The translations under genes and the position numbers were made by a program. From Microcoleus sp. (lineage in GTDB: Bacteria; Cyanobacteriota; Cyanobacteriia; Cyanobacteriales; Microcoleaceae), in contig CP181291.1 of the NCBI GenBank assembly GCA_052279835.1, positions 384,001-448,000 of the forward strand: DNA of 64,000 nt, read 5' to 3'. A model generated the notes under the pieces. The model ran no database searches. It was not told the origin of the DNA and saw only the letters and a list, made by a program, of their open reading frames with translations. Of the stretch, positions 41,508 to 50,927 are shown one piece after another. Position 1 is the first letter of the stretch. Every line of letters starts with the position of its first letter.

Positions 41508-42227
41508 ATGAAAGATACTACGATCGCAGATAAAATTATTGTGGCTTTGGATGTTTCGAGTTTGGAAAGTGCGATCGCCCTGATTGACAAACTCCCCGAC
41601 GTATCTTTCTGGAAAGTCGGTTTAGAGCTATTTGTGAGCTCCGGTCCGGAAATTATTGCTATTCTGAAAGAGCGGCAAAAACGGATTTTTCTAGATTTGA
41701 AATTTCACGATATCCCCAATACAGTTGCTGGTGCTTGTCGGGCTGCTGCTAAGTATAATGTGGATTTATTGACTATTCATTCTACCTGTGGTAAAGATGC
41801 TCTGAAAGCAGGATTGGTTGCTTTGGAGGAAGGGGCGGCGGCTGTGGATAAACCGAGTCCTAAATTGATTGCAATTACTCTGTTAACCAGTTTGAATTCC
41901 CGACAGTTAGCTTTTGAGTTGAAAGTACCTTTAGAATTGCCAGAATATGCTTTGCACATGGCATTGTTGGCTAAGGAAACGGGTTTAGCTGGTGCTGTTT
42001 GTTCTCCCCAAGAAGCGGAACAGTTAAGAATGAGTTGCGGGGATGATTTTCTGTTGGTTTGTCCCGGTGTGCGTCCGAAATGGGCTGATGGGGGCGATCA
42101 AAGGCGATCGATGACTCCCAAGGCTGCTTTTAATGCTGGTGCTGATTATCTGGTGATTGGGCGGCCAATTACTGCTTCGGATGATCCGGTGGCGGCTTTT
42201 GCGCGTATTTGTGAAGAGTTGGAGTAA
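41508..42227 (+). CDS. pyrF: Orotidine-5'-phosphate decarboxylase
   Basis: [37 protein letters not shown]; true start ATG 41508. Confidence 0.96.
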   Translation: MKDTTIADKIIVALDVSSLESAIALIDKLPDVSFWKVGLELFVSSGPEIIAILKERQKRIFLDLKFHDIPNTVAGACRAAAKYNVDLLTIHSTCGKDALKAGLVALEEGAAAVDKPSPKLIAITLLTSLNSRQLAFELKVPLELPEYALHMALLAKETGLAGAVCSPQEAEQLRMSCGDDFLLVCPGVRPKWADGGDQRRSMTPKAAFNAGADYLVIGRPITASDDPVAAFARICEELE

Positions 42228-42242
42228 ATAGTCTCAATGATT

Positions 42243-42373
42243 CGGCGGTTGAAACCGCTTCTACACAAACAAAGTCCGCCTGCGCGGACTAAGAAATGGA
42301 GAGGTATTTCTCGTTTTCTCGTTACTAGGCTCTGCCTAGTAACGCAGATCCAGAGGCTCTGCCTCGCTGGTTG
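42243..42373. repeat. Two dispersed palindromic repeats (GCGGTTGAAACCGC...GTCCGCCTGCGCGGAC and CGTTACTAGGCTCTGCCTAGTAACG...GAGGCTCTGCCTC)
   Basis: Hairpins visible; the second is partly repeated at 44337-44373. Confidence 0.7.
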
Positions 42374-42644
42374 GTGCTGCAACGCGGGCAGAATGTTCTC
42401 GATTGCGCTCTTCCTAGTAATGCTGAATTTCCTTAGATTCTCTTAAAACAAGTTGATATTCTGCTTCAACTTCTGCACAATTTGCCTCAATGTATGATAA
42501 GGCAACGTTAATCTGATCTTCTGTTAAGTCAAATAAGCAACGGATAAACTTCGGGGGCAGTTCTTCTTGCCAAGCTTATGGGCGATCGCTTAGAGTAATA
42601 TAAGCTTGGTTGGCTGCTGCTAAAAAACGTGTTCTTCGGTGATG
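42373..42644 (-). pseudogene. Chimeric antitoxin remnants (RHH/MazE-like fragment joined to DUF433-like fragment)
   Basis: HHRRTRFLAAANQAYITLSDRP*AWQEEL then PPKFIRCLFDLTEDQINVALSYIEANCAEVEAEYQLVL...Y*EERNRE. Confidence 0.55.
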
Positions 42645-43004
42645 TTAAACTTTACAAGTCTCGACGCGAGATGCGGATTCTAACATTGATGCTTCTGGAG
42701 TCTCATCTTGATTAACTACAATCTCTGTTTTTAATCCTAAAGTCTTCAGCAAACTAATAAATCGGTAAATCTCTTCTCCACCTGATACTTTCAGCAATTC
42801 CTCAAGTTTCTCCCAATTTTGTTGATTTTCGACCGCCATGATAGATACTTTACCTTGAGCTTTAACTACATCTCTGAGTACCGTCAGTAACAGTTCAGAT
42901 TCCGGATCTTTTTCTTCTAAAATTGCTTGAATATAAGCAGCAGCTTCTTCAATTTATTGGAGGGATTTAATCAGATAGTCATGGTAACTATGAGTTTTAG
43001 GCAT
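42645..43004 (-). pseudogene. Addiction-module antidote (HigA-like) with premature TAA at codon 17
   Basis: MPKTHSYHDYLIKSLQ*IEEAAAYIQAILEE...LLKTLGLK; its start overlaps the toxin stop. Confidence 0.7.
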
Positions 43005-43168
43005 CGTTTCTACTCCTAAATTTTATCCAGTATTCTTTGGCTTTGCGAATATCTCGATCTTGGGTACTTTTATCTCCACCGCAGAGAAGCAGTACCATAG
43101 TTGAGTCTCTTTCTCCAAAATAAACCCGGTAGCCTGGGCCGTAGTCAATTTTTAACTCAGAAACCCCT
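42997..43168 (-). pseudogene. C-terminal half of a RelE/HigB-like addiction-module toxin
   Basis: GVSELKIDYGPGYRVYFGERDSTMVLLLCGGDKSTQDRDIRKAKEYW; N-terminal half missing. Confidence 0.8.
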
Positions 43169-44147
43169 TTAAAGCCTTTGTTATAAATATAGATGCTACT
43201 GGTGAAGGCTGAAAAGGTTTTGCTTGAGGCTTAGCTGATATTTGAGTAGGTGATACTAAGACAGGATTAAGAGCTTGCAATACTTCTGCTGCTGATTGAT
43301 AACGGGCACCCACTGGAAACAGGAGCATTTTATCTAATACTTGCCCCAAGTCATTGCTGATGGAAACTGCCTTATTTCTCCATACCCATGCCATTTGCAT
43401 CGGGTCAAAAAGTTCGTCAACCCAAGTTCCATTATTTTCTTCCAGCAAACACCCGGTTAATAACCGAATGCAAGTTACACCAAGACTGTATAAGTCACTC
43501 GCTGGAAAAACATGACCTTGCATTTGTTCCGGTGGCGCATAACCAGGAGTACCAGTCACAGTTCCCACTCTAGTCAAAACACTACCGCTCAATTCCTTAG
43601 CAACTCCAAAGTCAATCAAGACTAGAGAACAGTGAGAATTTCTAATGATGTTATCCGGCTTAATATCTCGGTGAATTACTTTTTGTTTGTGAACAAAATC
43701 TAATATCGGTAGCAATTCTGTCAGTAATTGCTTAATCTGTTTTTCGCTAAACTTTCCCTGTTTCTGTAATTCTTTTAATAAATCCTCACCGTCAATAAAT
43801 TCTTGTACTAAATAGAACCGTTGATCTTGTTCAAAAAATGCCAATAAATCAGGGATTTGAGGATGTTTACCCAAATCTCGCAGTCTCACTGCTTCTTGTT
43901 TGAATAACTCCGTTGCTTTCTGAATAGCTGCACTCCCTTGTAGTTGCGGGAGAAATTGTTTAATCACACAGATTGTATCAAGTCGATGTTCGTCTACCGC
44001 TTTGAATGTACGGCCAAAACCACCTTCGGAAATGTATTTAACTGCACGGTATCTGTCTCCGAGTAGCAGTTTGTTTCCGCAACGTTGGCAGAATTTGGTG
44101 AGGGATGGGTTTTGATGCAGGCAATCAGGATTAAGGCATTGACTCAT
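43152..44147 (-). CDS. Ser/Thr protein kinase with 4-Cys N-terminal prefix, probably C-terminally truncated
   Basis: CLNPDC...FCQRCG, GGFGRT, HRDIKPDN, DFG, GTPGYAPPEQ; last codons overlap the toxin remnant. Confidence 0.9.
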   Translation of the reverse strand: MSQCLNPDCLHQNPSLTKFCQRCGNKLLLGDRYRAVKYISEGGFGRTFKAVDEHRLDTICVIKQFLPQLQGSAAIQKATELFKQEAVRLRDLGKHPQIPDLLAFFEQDQRFYLVQEFIDGEDLLKELQKQGKFSEKQIKQLLTELLPILDFVHKQKVIHRDIKPDNIIRNSHCSLVLIDFGVAKELSGSVLTRVGTVTGTPGYAPPEQMQGHVFPASDLYSLGVTCIRLLTGCLLEENNGTWVDELFDPMQMAWVWRNKAVSISNDLGQVLDKMLLFPVGARYQSAAEVLQALNPVLVSPTQISAKPQAKPFQPSPVASIFITKALKGFLS

Positions 44148-44235
44148 AAAAAATTCTTAGTTTCACAATTTTAAGATTAACACAATTTATATCATGTCCG
44201 TTGAATTGCCCGCGATCGAATTCTGTCGCGTGGTG

Positions 44236-44336
44236 GGGGCGGGTTTTTGAGATTGTGGGTGGGAATTGGATATTTTTCGTGAACCCGCCCCTACAAATCA
44301 AGAATAAAAATTCATTATAATTGCTCTTTTAATTCA
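44236..44336. repeat. Direct repeat Y, copy A (REP-like hairpin + last codons of udg)
   Basis: Matches 46616-46715, with a 23-bp identical core ATTATAATTGCTCTTTTAATTCA. Confidence 0.85.
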
Positions 44337-44392
44337 CCTGGTAACGCATATCCAGAGGCATGCCTCGCTGGTTATGTTAATGTTTTTTACCC

Positions 44393-45307
44393 TCAAAAAT
44401 AGCCTCTTGAAAGCACGTCATCTTCGTCTAGTTCATCTTTGCCAATCATCCCTTCAATTTCAGTTAAAAATCTCAGAAAAACTTCCGGTGCAAAAGGGTT
44501 ATTATCGAGATGGTTTACAAAATAATCTCGATTTTTCTTTCTTCCCTCTACCGTACTAAAAGCACTTCTTATATTAGACGACAACCGCTTGGCTTTTCTC
44601 AGAATTAGTATTTCATCAATAGCTGTGAGTGATGAGCTAATCGGCGACATATCCAGCCATTCACATAGCAAGAAATACTTGGCTCCTGGAACACTCAATT
44701 TTACATCAATGGCAGTTGCCGCGCCCTCTTGAAACATGGTTTTATCAAGATTTGTTTTACACTCAGCCGCAACATAAGCAATATTTGCCTCGCGGGAGGT
44801 ACTCTCCTTAAAATCTTGATTGTGAGAGGCTTTCAAAAATATTTTTCTACTAATTGCAAAATCTTGATCCTTGGCTCGAATACTCATCCCACCACCTTTT
44901 GGACTTACTTTTAAACTTGACTCAAATCGTAATGATGAAAAACACTGTGTTGGGCCAAAGGATAATTCTTTGTCCTTTAATGAATCTGCAAAGACGGTTG
45001 TAACTAAGATAGGTATAAATTCTTCAATGATTGAGTTGTCAAGTTTTAATTGCCCCTTTTGACGGTACAAAAAATCATTGTCACTATCAAAGATTAGTTC
45101 AACGTCAATGTATCGCTTATAGGAGGTTAGATGGGATACCATGTCTGGAACAACTTTCAAATCACCACTGATATTTTCAAGGGTTTCTAACCATTTTTTA
45201 TAGTATTCAATTGCTTGGTCAACACGCCCTTTATCTGTAGGAGGTAGTTTATTATTATAAAGTAATGCTGCTAGTTTATCCCCGTGTGGCTGAGTTAAGT
45301 TAAACAT
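44393..45307 (-). CDS. Type II restriction endonuclease, Bpu10I family
   Basis: PHGDKL, FLYRQKGQLKLDNSIIEEF, DQDFAI, AAECKTNLDKTMFQE. Confidence 0.85.
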   Translation of the reverse strand: MFNLTQPHGDKLAALLYNNKLPPTDKGRVDQAIEYYKKWLETLENISGDLKVVPDMVSHLTSYKRYIDVELIFDSDNDFLYRQKGQLKLDNSIIEEFIPILVTTVFADSLKDKELSFGPTQCFSSLRFESSLKVSPKGGGMSIRAKDQDFAISRKIFLKASHNQDFKESTSREANIAYVAAECKTNLDKTMFQEGAATAIDVKLSVPGAKYFLLCEWLDMSPISSSLTAIDEILILRKAKRLSSNIRSAFSTVEGRKKNRDYFVNHLDNNPFAPEVFLRFLTEIEGMIGKDELDEDDVLSRGYF

Positions 45308-46568
45308 ACATTTCTTCTTTTTGGTTAATTATTTCAATGATTTTCCGTGAACGCTGTAGATCGAAGTAGGGTGATGGCTGTACTTTGTTAGCCTTATCGA
45401 TAGCATCCTTGATTTCATATTTTACTTGTTCATCCGCTAGGGAATAAGCCGACTCTAAGGCTTTTACCGCAATAGTTATGGCTTGATGTATAGTAAAATA
45501 ATACTGTAAACTTTCTACTTTTTTAAAGTGCAGTATATCTTCTTTGAGAGTTTTTCCATAACGATTTACAAAACTTCTTTCTTGACGGATATCTAAACTA
45601 AGACCCAATACTTGACTAGCGACTTCTGCAACTAATTCCCCGTTAAAAAAAGGAGTTTTTTTAATATTTGATTCTCTACCGACTACAAATATTATTCTAC
45701 TGTCATGGCGGCATATTCGTAACAATTCTTGCAAAGTATAGGCGATATCTAAGCAATATTGAATTACTGTTATAAATCTATTACTTCTATGCTTGCGATT
45801 TGAACCAAACTCGGATTTTGCCACCTCTAAAATTTTCCAGTTTAGTGCTTCAGTAGAACCGCGATACTGCTGATGATAGTTAAATACATTGATGTAAGGG
45901 GGGGATGTAATCACAAGATTGACGCTGGAATTTGGTAATGGAACGTTTCTTGCATCGGCATTGTAGGCATTTATCGGCTTTTCGCTATAGGGTAGGTTAA
46001 GCACAAAAGTAGCGAGATTTTTCGCAATGGTGAAAACTCTTGAGTAGGTAACTTTTTTATTTTCTAAATCTAGCAATATCACTAATGCTTGATGTAGAAT
46101 ATTAATTAATTTTTCTTCATTATCAACGGCTAAATATACGATTTTATCTATTATATCATTTTCTGTAAGTTCTTTTTGTATTGTTTGGAAGAGTGGCATT
46201 GTCTCCCAGATATCAGTCTTTAGTCGAGCGAGAAAACAATTGATACATCTTTCACGCTGTCTTGGTGAAATAGTGATAAATTTATAAGTGTTAGCGAGGA
46301 TTAAAGCTGCGGGATTGATTTCTGTTCCGCAGGCTTCCAGTCCTAATCTTCCTGCCTCATATAAAACTGTTCCACAACCTAAAAATGGATCGAAAATCAC
46401 ACTATTTTTATCGGCATATTTATGAATCAAAGTTTCGATAAACTGGGGGGAAAATTGCCCTTTCCAAGGAAGTGGATTAGTACGTTGTTTATCTTCAATG
46501 TCTAATAGTTCTTGAGGAATTTCTTGTCTATTGATAGGAGTTTCACTGAAAATATTAGATAAAACCAT
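45300..46568 (-). CDS. Amino (probably N4-cytosine) DNA methyltransferase
   Basis: DPFLGCGT followed by VITSPPY; 8-nt overlap with the REase; start set at ATG 46568 because the upstream frame is a repeat. Confidence 0.88.
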   Translation of the reverse strand: MVLSNIFSETPINRQEIPQELLDIEDKQRTNPLPWKGQFSPQFIETLIHKYADKNSVIFDPFLGCGTVLYEAGRLGLEACGTEINPAALILANTYKFITISPRQRERCINCFLARLKTDIWETMPLFQTIQKELTENDIIDKIVYLAVDNEEKLINILHQALVILLDLENKKVTYSRVFTIAKNLATFVLNLPYSEKPINAYNADARNVPLPNSSVNLVITSPPYINVFNYHQQYRGSTEALNWKILEVAKSEFGSNRKHRSNRFITVIQYCLDIAYTLQELLRICRHDSRIIFVVGRESNIKKTPFFNGELVAEVASQVLGLSLDIRQERSFVNRYGKTLKEDILHFKKVESLQYYFTIHQAITIAVKALESAYSLADEQVKYEIKDAIDKANKVQPSPYFDLQRSRKIIEIINQKEEMYV

Positions 46569-46615
46569 AATTCGGATTTTTACTTGGCGCGAATTTGTGA
46601 ATAGATAGAAAGGCC

Positions 46616-46715
46616 GGGGCGGGTTTTTGAGATTGTGGGTGAAAATCATAAATTGTTGGTGAAACCCGCCCCTACAAATAACGAACAAAAATATTATAAT
46701 TGCTCTTTTAATTCA
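46616..46715. repeat. Direct repeat Y, copy B (overlaps the udg 3' end)
   Basis: See 44236-44336. Confidence 0.85.
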
Positions 46716-47380
46716 TCAAATTTAGCCTTGATTGCTTGCATATCTTGCCACATAAACCATTTCGGAGTTTCGGGTTCGCGGGAGGGGTTTCGCAACAAGT
46801 ACGACGGGTGAAAAATTGGCATACACAGGCAATTTTCCCATTCAATCCATTGACCTCGGATTTTACTTATTGGTCGCTTGTCGCTAAGCAAACCTTTGAG
46901 GGCTGTTGCACCGGTTAATAAAATAATTTTGGGGTCTAATATGCGAATTTGTTCGAGTAAGTATGGTTTGCAAGCTTCTATTTCTTTTACTGTCGGAGGG
47001 CGGTTGTTGGGGGGGCGACATTTGATGACGTTGGCAATGAATACGTCGGTTTCTGTATTCAGTCCTACTGATTCTAAAATCTTATCTAAAAGTTGGCCCG
47101 ATCGCCCAACGAATGGCAATCCAGTTTCATCTTCGTTTTGTCCCGGCGCTTCTCCGACAATCAAGATTTTTGCTTGAGGATTGCCGCGCCCGATGACGGC
47201 GTGAGTGCGACTGTTGCCTAATTCGCAGCGGTGACAGCGGTTGCAGTGTGCGGCGATTTCCTCGATATTTTGATAAGTTCCCGGAGGAATGGGAATTTTG
47301 ACATTTGTAGGTATTGAGTCTGTCTGGAAAGTGGCGCTTTGACTGTTGTCAAACAGGCTCAGTTGCAAGTCGCTGGACAT
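46694..47380 (-). CDS. Uracil-DNA glycosylase, family 4
   Basis: CHRCEL, GEAPG, PFVGRSG, NVIKCRPP.NR.P, HPSYLLR. Confidence 0.93.
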   Translation of the reverse strand: MSSDLQLSLFDNSQSATFQTDSIPTNVKIPIPPGTYQNIEEIAAHCNRCHRCELGNSRTHAVIGRGNPQAKILIVGEAPGQNEDETGLPFVGRSGQLLDKILESVGLNTETDVFIANVIKCRPPNNRPPTVKEIEACKPYLLEQIRILDPKIILLTGATALKGLLSDKRPISKIRGQWIEWENCLCMPIFHPSYLLRNPSREPETPKWFMWQDMQAIKAKFDELKEQL

Positions 47381-47456
47381 ATATTTAAAGATGGGGGAGA
47401 TTTTGGGGAAGCTAGAGTTTATAGTTTAGATCGGGTTTGCTCCTACAGGTAGGAAT

Positions 47457-48143
47457 ATGTTCTCTAGCCCGCTGTTTGATAATCGCGCTGATGCTGGCGA
47501 AAAACTCGCCACGGCTGTTTTGGCAGAGCTCGAAAAATTGAATTTAACCTCGCCAGAGGTGGTGAAACCGATTGTTTATGCTTTGCCGCGCGGGGGTTTG
47601 CCCATCGCAGTGCCCATTGCGCGTTTGTTGGGTTGTCCTTTGGATGTGGTGGTGGCGAAGAAAATTACTCGTCCTGATAATTTAGAATACGCGATCGGCG
47701 CGGCTACTGCTGACGGGGAAGTGGTGTGGCAACAAAAGCCACGCAATTTGTCTTTTCAAACTTTAGCACTCCAGCAGGCTCTCGATCGCGCCCAATCTCT
47801 ACTGGCCGATTTGTCTCCGGGACGTCCAAATGTTAGCGCTGCGGGGGCTTTGGCGATTTTGGTGGATGATGGGATTGCGACGGGGATGACGATGGCTGTG
47901 GCGGCGCAGGCTTTGCGGGATCTGCAACCGCTGGCTTTGTGGATTTGTGTGCCCGTTGCACCGCAGGATTTGCTAGAATTTTTGGAGGAAATGTGCGATC
48001 GCCACATCGTCCTAGAAGCCCCAGACCCTTTTTATAGCGTCAGTCGCTTTTACGCCGAATTTCCGCAAGTGGAGACGGAAGTTGCCTTAGCGTGTTTAAT
48101 GCAACAAAGTGAATGGCGATCGTCAGTTAAGCTAGAAGGTTAA
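47457..48143 (+). CDS. Phosphoribosyltransferase family protein
   Basis: ALPRGG, ILVDDGIATG. Confidence 0.9.
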   Translation: MFSSPLFDNRADAGEKLATAVLAELEKLNLTSPEVVKPIVYALPRGGLPIAVPIARLLGCPLDVVVAKKITRPDNLEYAIGAATADGEVVWQQKPRNLSFQTLALQQALDRAQSLLADLSPGRPNVSAAGALAILVDDGIATGMTMAVAAQALRDLQPLALWICVPVAPQDLLEFLEEMCDRHIVLEAPDPFYSVSRFYAEFPQVETEVALACLMQQSEWRSSVKLEG

Positions 48144-48167
48144 ATCCAAAAGTGCGATCGCTAATAA

Positions 48168-48458
48168 ATGAGACCTTGGCAATATTGGTTGGATACTTTG
48201 ATTCTATCTAGTCAGCACAATCCTCCTCGCTTTGTTGAGTTGGTGATGTTGACTTTAGCGATGATTTTGTTGGGGTTATGGACTTTCACAGGGCAATGGC
48301 CCTATTTAGCCTTGTCTCTAAGTTATATAATTGGTTCGTCTTTTTCAATTTTAGTGCGAGAATCCCTGGGCCCGCGGCCTCAATTTCAGCTAACTCATAT
48401 CACCGCACTTTTATTGTTAATTATCAGTTTTTATAGTTTTGCTGAATTGATTAGATAA
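48168..48458 (+). CDS. Small membrane hypothetical protein
   Basis: 96 aa, three hydrophobic segments. Confidence 0.7.
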   Translation: MRPWQYWLDTLILSSQHNPPRFVELVMLTLAMILLGLWTFTGQWPYLALSLSYIIGSSFSILVRESLGPRPQFQLTHITALLLLIISFYSFAELIR

Positions 48459-48510
48459 GTAGAAGGTAGAAGGTAGAAGGTAGAAGGTAGAAGGTAGAAG
48501 GTAGAAGGAA
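48459..48510. repeat. (AGAAGGT)n heptamer array
   Basis: Directly visible. Confidence 0.9.
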
Positions 48511-48618
48511 TAATCCCCTTCGACTCCGCTCAGGAACCGCTTCAGGAAGAAGGAAGAATGCTTATACAGTCAATTTTATAGTCAAGTTATTACAGAGGAG
48601 TTTTATCTCCGTCATCTG

Positions 48619-48990
48619 CTAATTAGGTTGGTGTAAAATTAGGCGATTCCCGGCGGGATCGAAGGCGTAGATTTCTAAACCGTGACTAGCTTTAATGATT
48701 TCTCCGGGGGGCGGACATCCTAGGGCCCAAATTCGGGCGATCGCCATTTCGATGTCGCTGACTTCCAAACATAAACTCATGCCTGCTTTTCCGATACCTA
48801 AAAATTCTGATTTGTGGGATTTTTTGGGTTTGAATATGCCTAATCTTAAACCCGGCAGTTGAAATTCAGCATAAGTATTAGGAATGTAAGGATTCGGCTC
48901 GATGTCGAGAAATTTTGTGTAAAATTTAACGAGAACTTCCTTGTCGATATCTGCTAAAGTTACTAGGGCGGCGCTGTAGAGGAAACTCAT
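48619..48990 (-). CDS. VOC/glyoxalase family protein
   Basis: YAEFQLPGLRLGIF, SLCLEV, YAFDPAGNRLIL. Confidence 0.88.
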   Translation of the reverse strand: MSFLYSAALVTLADIDKEVLVKFYTKFLDIEPNPYIPNTYAEFQLPGLRLGIFKPKKSHKSEFLGIGKAGMSLCLEVSDIEMAIARIWALGCPPPGEIIKASHGLEIYAFDPAGNRLILHQPN

Positions 48991-49032
48991 ATTATGATTG
49001 ATGGCGGTCGGTTATTTTCCATATTATTATAC

Positions 49033-49653
49033 TTAAAATCCTCCTATTCGTCCGACTATTTGGATTTTACCTTGTCCATCGCCTTTGAGAATGACAGCTT
49101 CACCGCTTTGTGGGACAATATCAGTAATCGCTGTAATATTGACTTGATGCGTTACCAGAATAATCGCGCCTTTTGTATTGCGGTTGTCAAGAATCAACTT
49201 GCGGATTGTCGCTGTTTGTCCCGATTCTTTACTGCTGTCGCTAAAGAACGAATTCAGCGCTGGAAACGGTTCCACTTTGCCTAAATTTAGCAGTTTGGCT
49301 GTTTGCAAACACCGACACCACTGACTCGATAAAACTCTGCTAACTTTGATGTTGCGGTTGCGAAATTCGGCTCCAATTTGCTTGGCTTGGGTTTGTCCCT
49401 GTGGTGATAAATTGCGCTGGGTGGAACAGTCGCCCAACTTAAAGTTAGCAGGATCGCCGGTGCCGGGGGCGATCGCGTGTCGCATGGCTACCACCAAACC
49501 CGTATCGCCCCCTTGCAACAATCTCCACCCCGCTTGAGTTTGTGCGTTGGTTGCTGCGTCAGAATTTGCAGGTACGGTAGTTAAGCCGATCGATAATACT
49601 AAAGCTAGCGTTCCGATCCACCATTTCCAATTGAGGTAATTTCGCGCAGCCAT
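49033..49653 (-). CDS. Histidine phosphatase family protein (exported)
   Basis: Signal peptide; MRHAIAPG, SSQWCRCLQTA, LVTHQVN. Confidence 0.88.
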   Translation of the reverse strand: MAARNYLNWKWWIGTLALVLSIGLTTVPANSDAATNAQTQAGWRLLQGGDTGLVVAMRHAIAPGTGDPANFKLGDCSTQRNLSPQGQTQAKQIGAEFRNRNIKVSRVLSSQWCRCLQTAKLLNLGKVEPFPALNSFFSDSSKESGQTATIRKLILDNRNTKGAIILVTHQVNITAITDIVPQSGEAVILKGDGQGKIQIVGRIGGF

Positions 49654-49708
49654 TGTTGCAAAAATTCAAATATATCTTATCATATTGCAATACGACAAAT
49701 ATTGTGCG

Positions 49709-50176
49709 ATGGAAACCACCAATTTTATTGCTCTGTCTATCATCATTGTTGCCGTCCTGGGGATTGGCCTAGGAACAATGACTTGGGCTTACTTCGGTAA
49801 GGGTAGCGTTTCTGTACTGTTTCAAGAACCCATTTTAAGTTTACCAGCATTTCCGGCTACAGACCCTGGCCGCCAGGCCTCTGTTTATTACCAAGAAGGG
49901 ATTGAGGCCTATAAATCGGGAAATTATCGAAAAGCTAAAGACAAATTTACCAGCGCCTTAAAACTTGTTTCTACTTTGGCAGAAGCTTACCAAAATCGGG
50001 GTTTGGCTTGTGCTAATTTGCGTTCTGATGATGAAGCTGTGCAGAATTTAATTACTGCCAGTGAATTATACCAACAGCAGGGGAATGGAATTGCACTAGA
50101 GTCGCTCAAGCAAAATCTTGAAGCATTGAAACAACGCAAGTTGGAGCGGGAAAAACTGAAAGTCCAAGGAACCTAG
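49709..50176 (+). CDS. Membrane-anchored TPR protein
   Basis: N-terminal TM; AEAYQNRGLA TPR motif. Confidence 0.8.
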   Translation: METTNFIALSIIIVAVLGIGLGTMTWAYFGKGSVSVLFQEPILSLPAFPATDPGRQASVYYQEGIEAYKSGNYRKAKDKFTSALKLVSTLAEAYQNRGLACANLRSDDEAVQNLITASELYQQQGNGIALESLKQNLEALKQRKLEREKLKVQGT

Positions 50177-50188
50177 ATTGCATCCAGA

Positions 50189-50533
50189 TTAGATTTGTCT
50201 GGTAGCTTCGATGCGATCGATTTGAGCAATTAAAATGGCTCGGCTAGGTGCAACGATGCGATAATTAGTAATTGGATCGTAAGCTTCCCATTCTTTGGTC
50301 ACTTCGCTATCTTGCCAGACAAACCATTCTTTGTAAAGTTCGCCTTCATCAATATCGCCACATACCGCCAGCCAATCATCTCCTCCTAAACTACTGTAGT
50401 CTCCTCCTACTAAGTCTACCCAAGCAGCGGCGATACAATATTCTAGGTTGCTATTGGAATCCACTGTTTTATGATGGGGCTTAACTTGGTTAGACTTAAG
50501 AGAAGTTTCGGGGAGGCAAAGAGTAGAAATCAT
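50189..50533 (-). CDS. Hypothetical protein
   Basis: 114-aa ATG ORF, AGGA upstream. Confidence 0.55.
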   Translation of the reverse strand: MISTLCLPETSLKSNQVKPHHKTVDSNSNLEYCIAAAWVDLVGGDYSSLGGDDWLAVCGDIDEGELYKEWFVWQDSEVTKEWEAYDPITNYRIVAPSRAILIAQIDRIEATRQI

Positions 50534-50927
50534 AAGTAGTTCCTGAATGTCATGTTGTTACTTTAGAAAAAATCCCTGTGTGTTAGTGACAGCAAAATGA
50601 CACTATCCCAACCATCACAGTTTTTCGCTCGATCGACTCTGACACCCGATTGCACTCTATGCCTTGTGGGGTAGGGCTTGAGACTGTTTGCGAAGTACAA
50701 GCAGCCGCGGCTGAATTTAGCCAATTTGCAAACTGGCACAAGGAGCAAGCTGCGATGTATGCAGGAAGGAAGAAGGAAGAAGCAGCAATACCAATGCTTT
50801 GAGCAATTAAAAACGTCCTCAACGTTTTGGGAGTTGCTGAGGGGTGGGGAGTCGAGAATAAAGCTATACTTGATAAGTTGGGCAGTTTCCGTACAGTTCG
50901 CGAAGATTCTTGGTTAATCAGGTCAAT

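Noticed and set aside
50563..50917. ORFs 50583..50822, 50563..50748 and 50678..50917
   Set aside because: Short, mutually overlapping, include GAAGGAA repeat; no recognisable motif.
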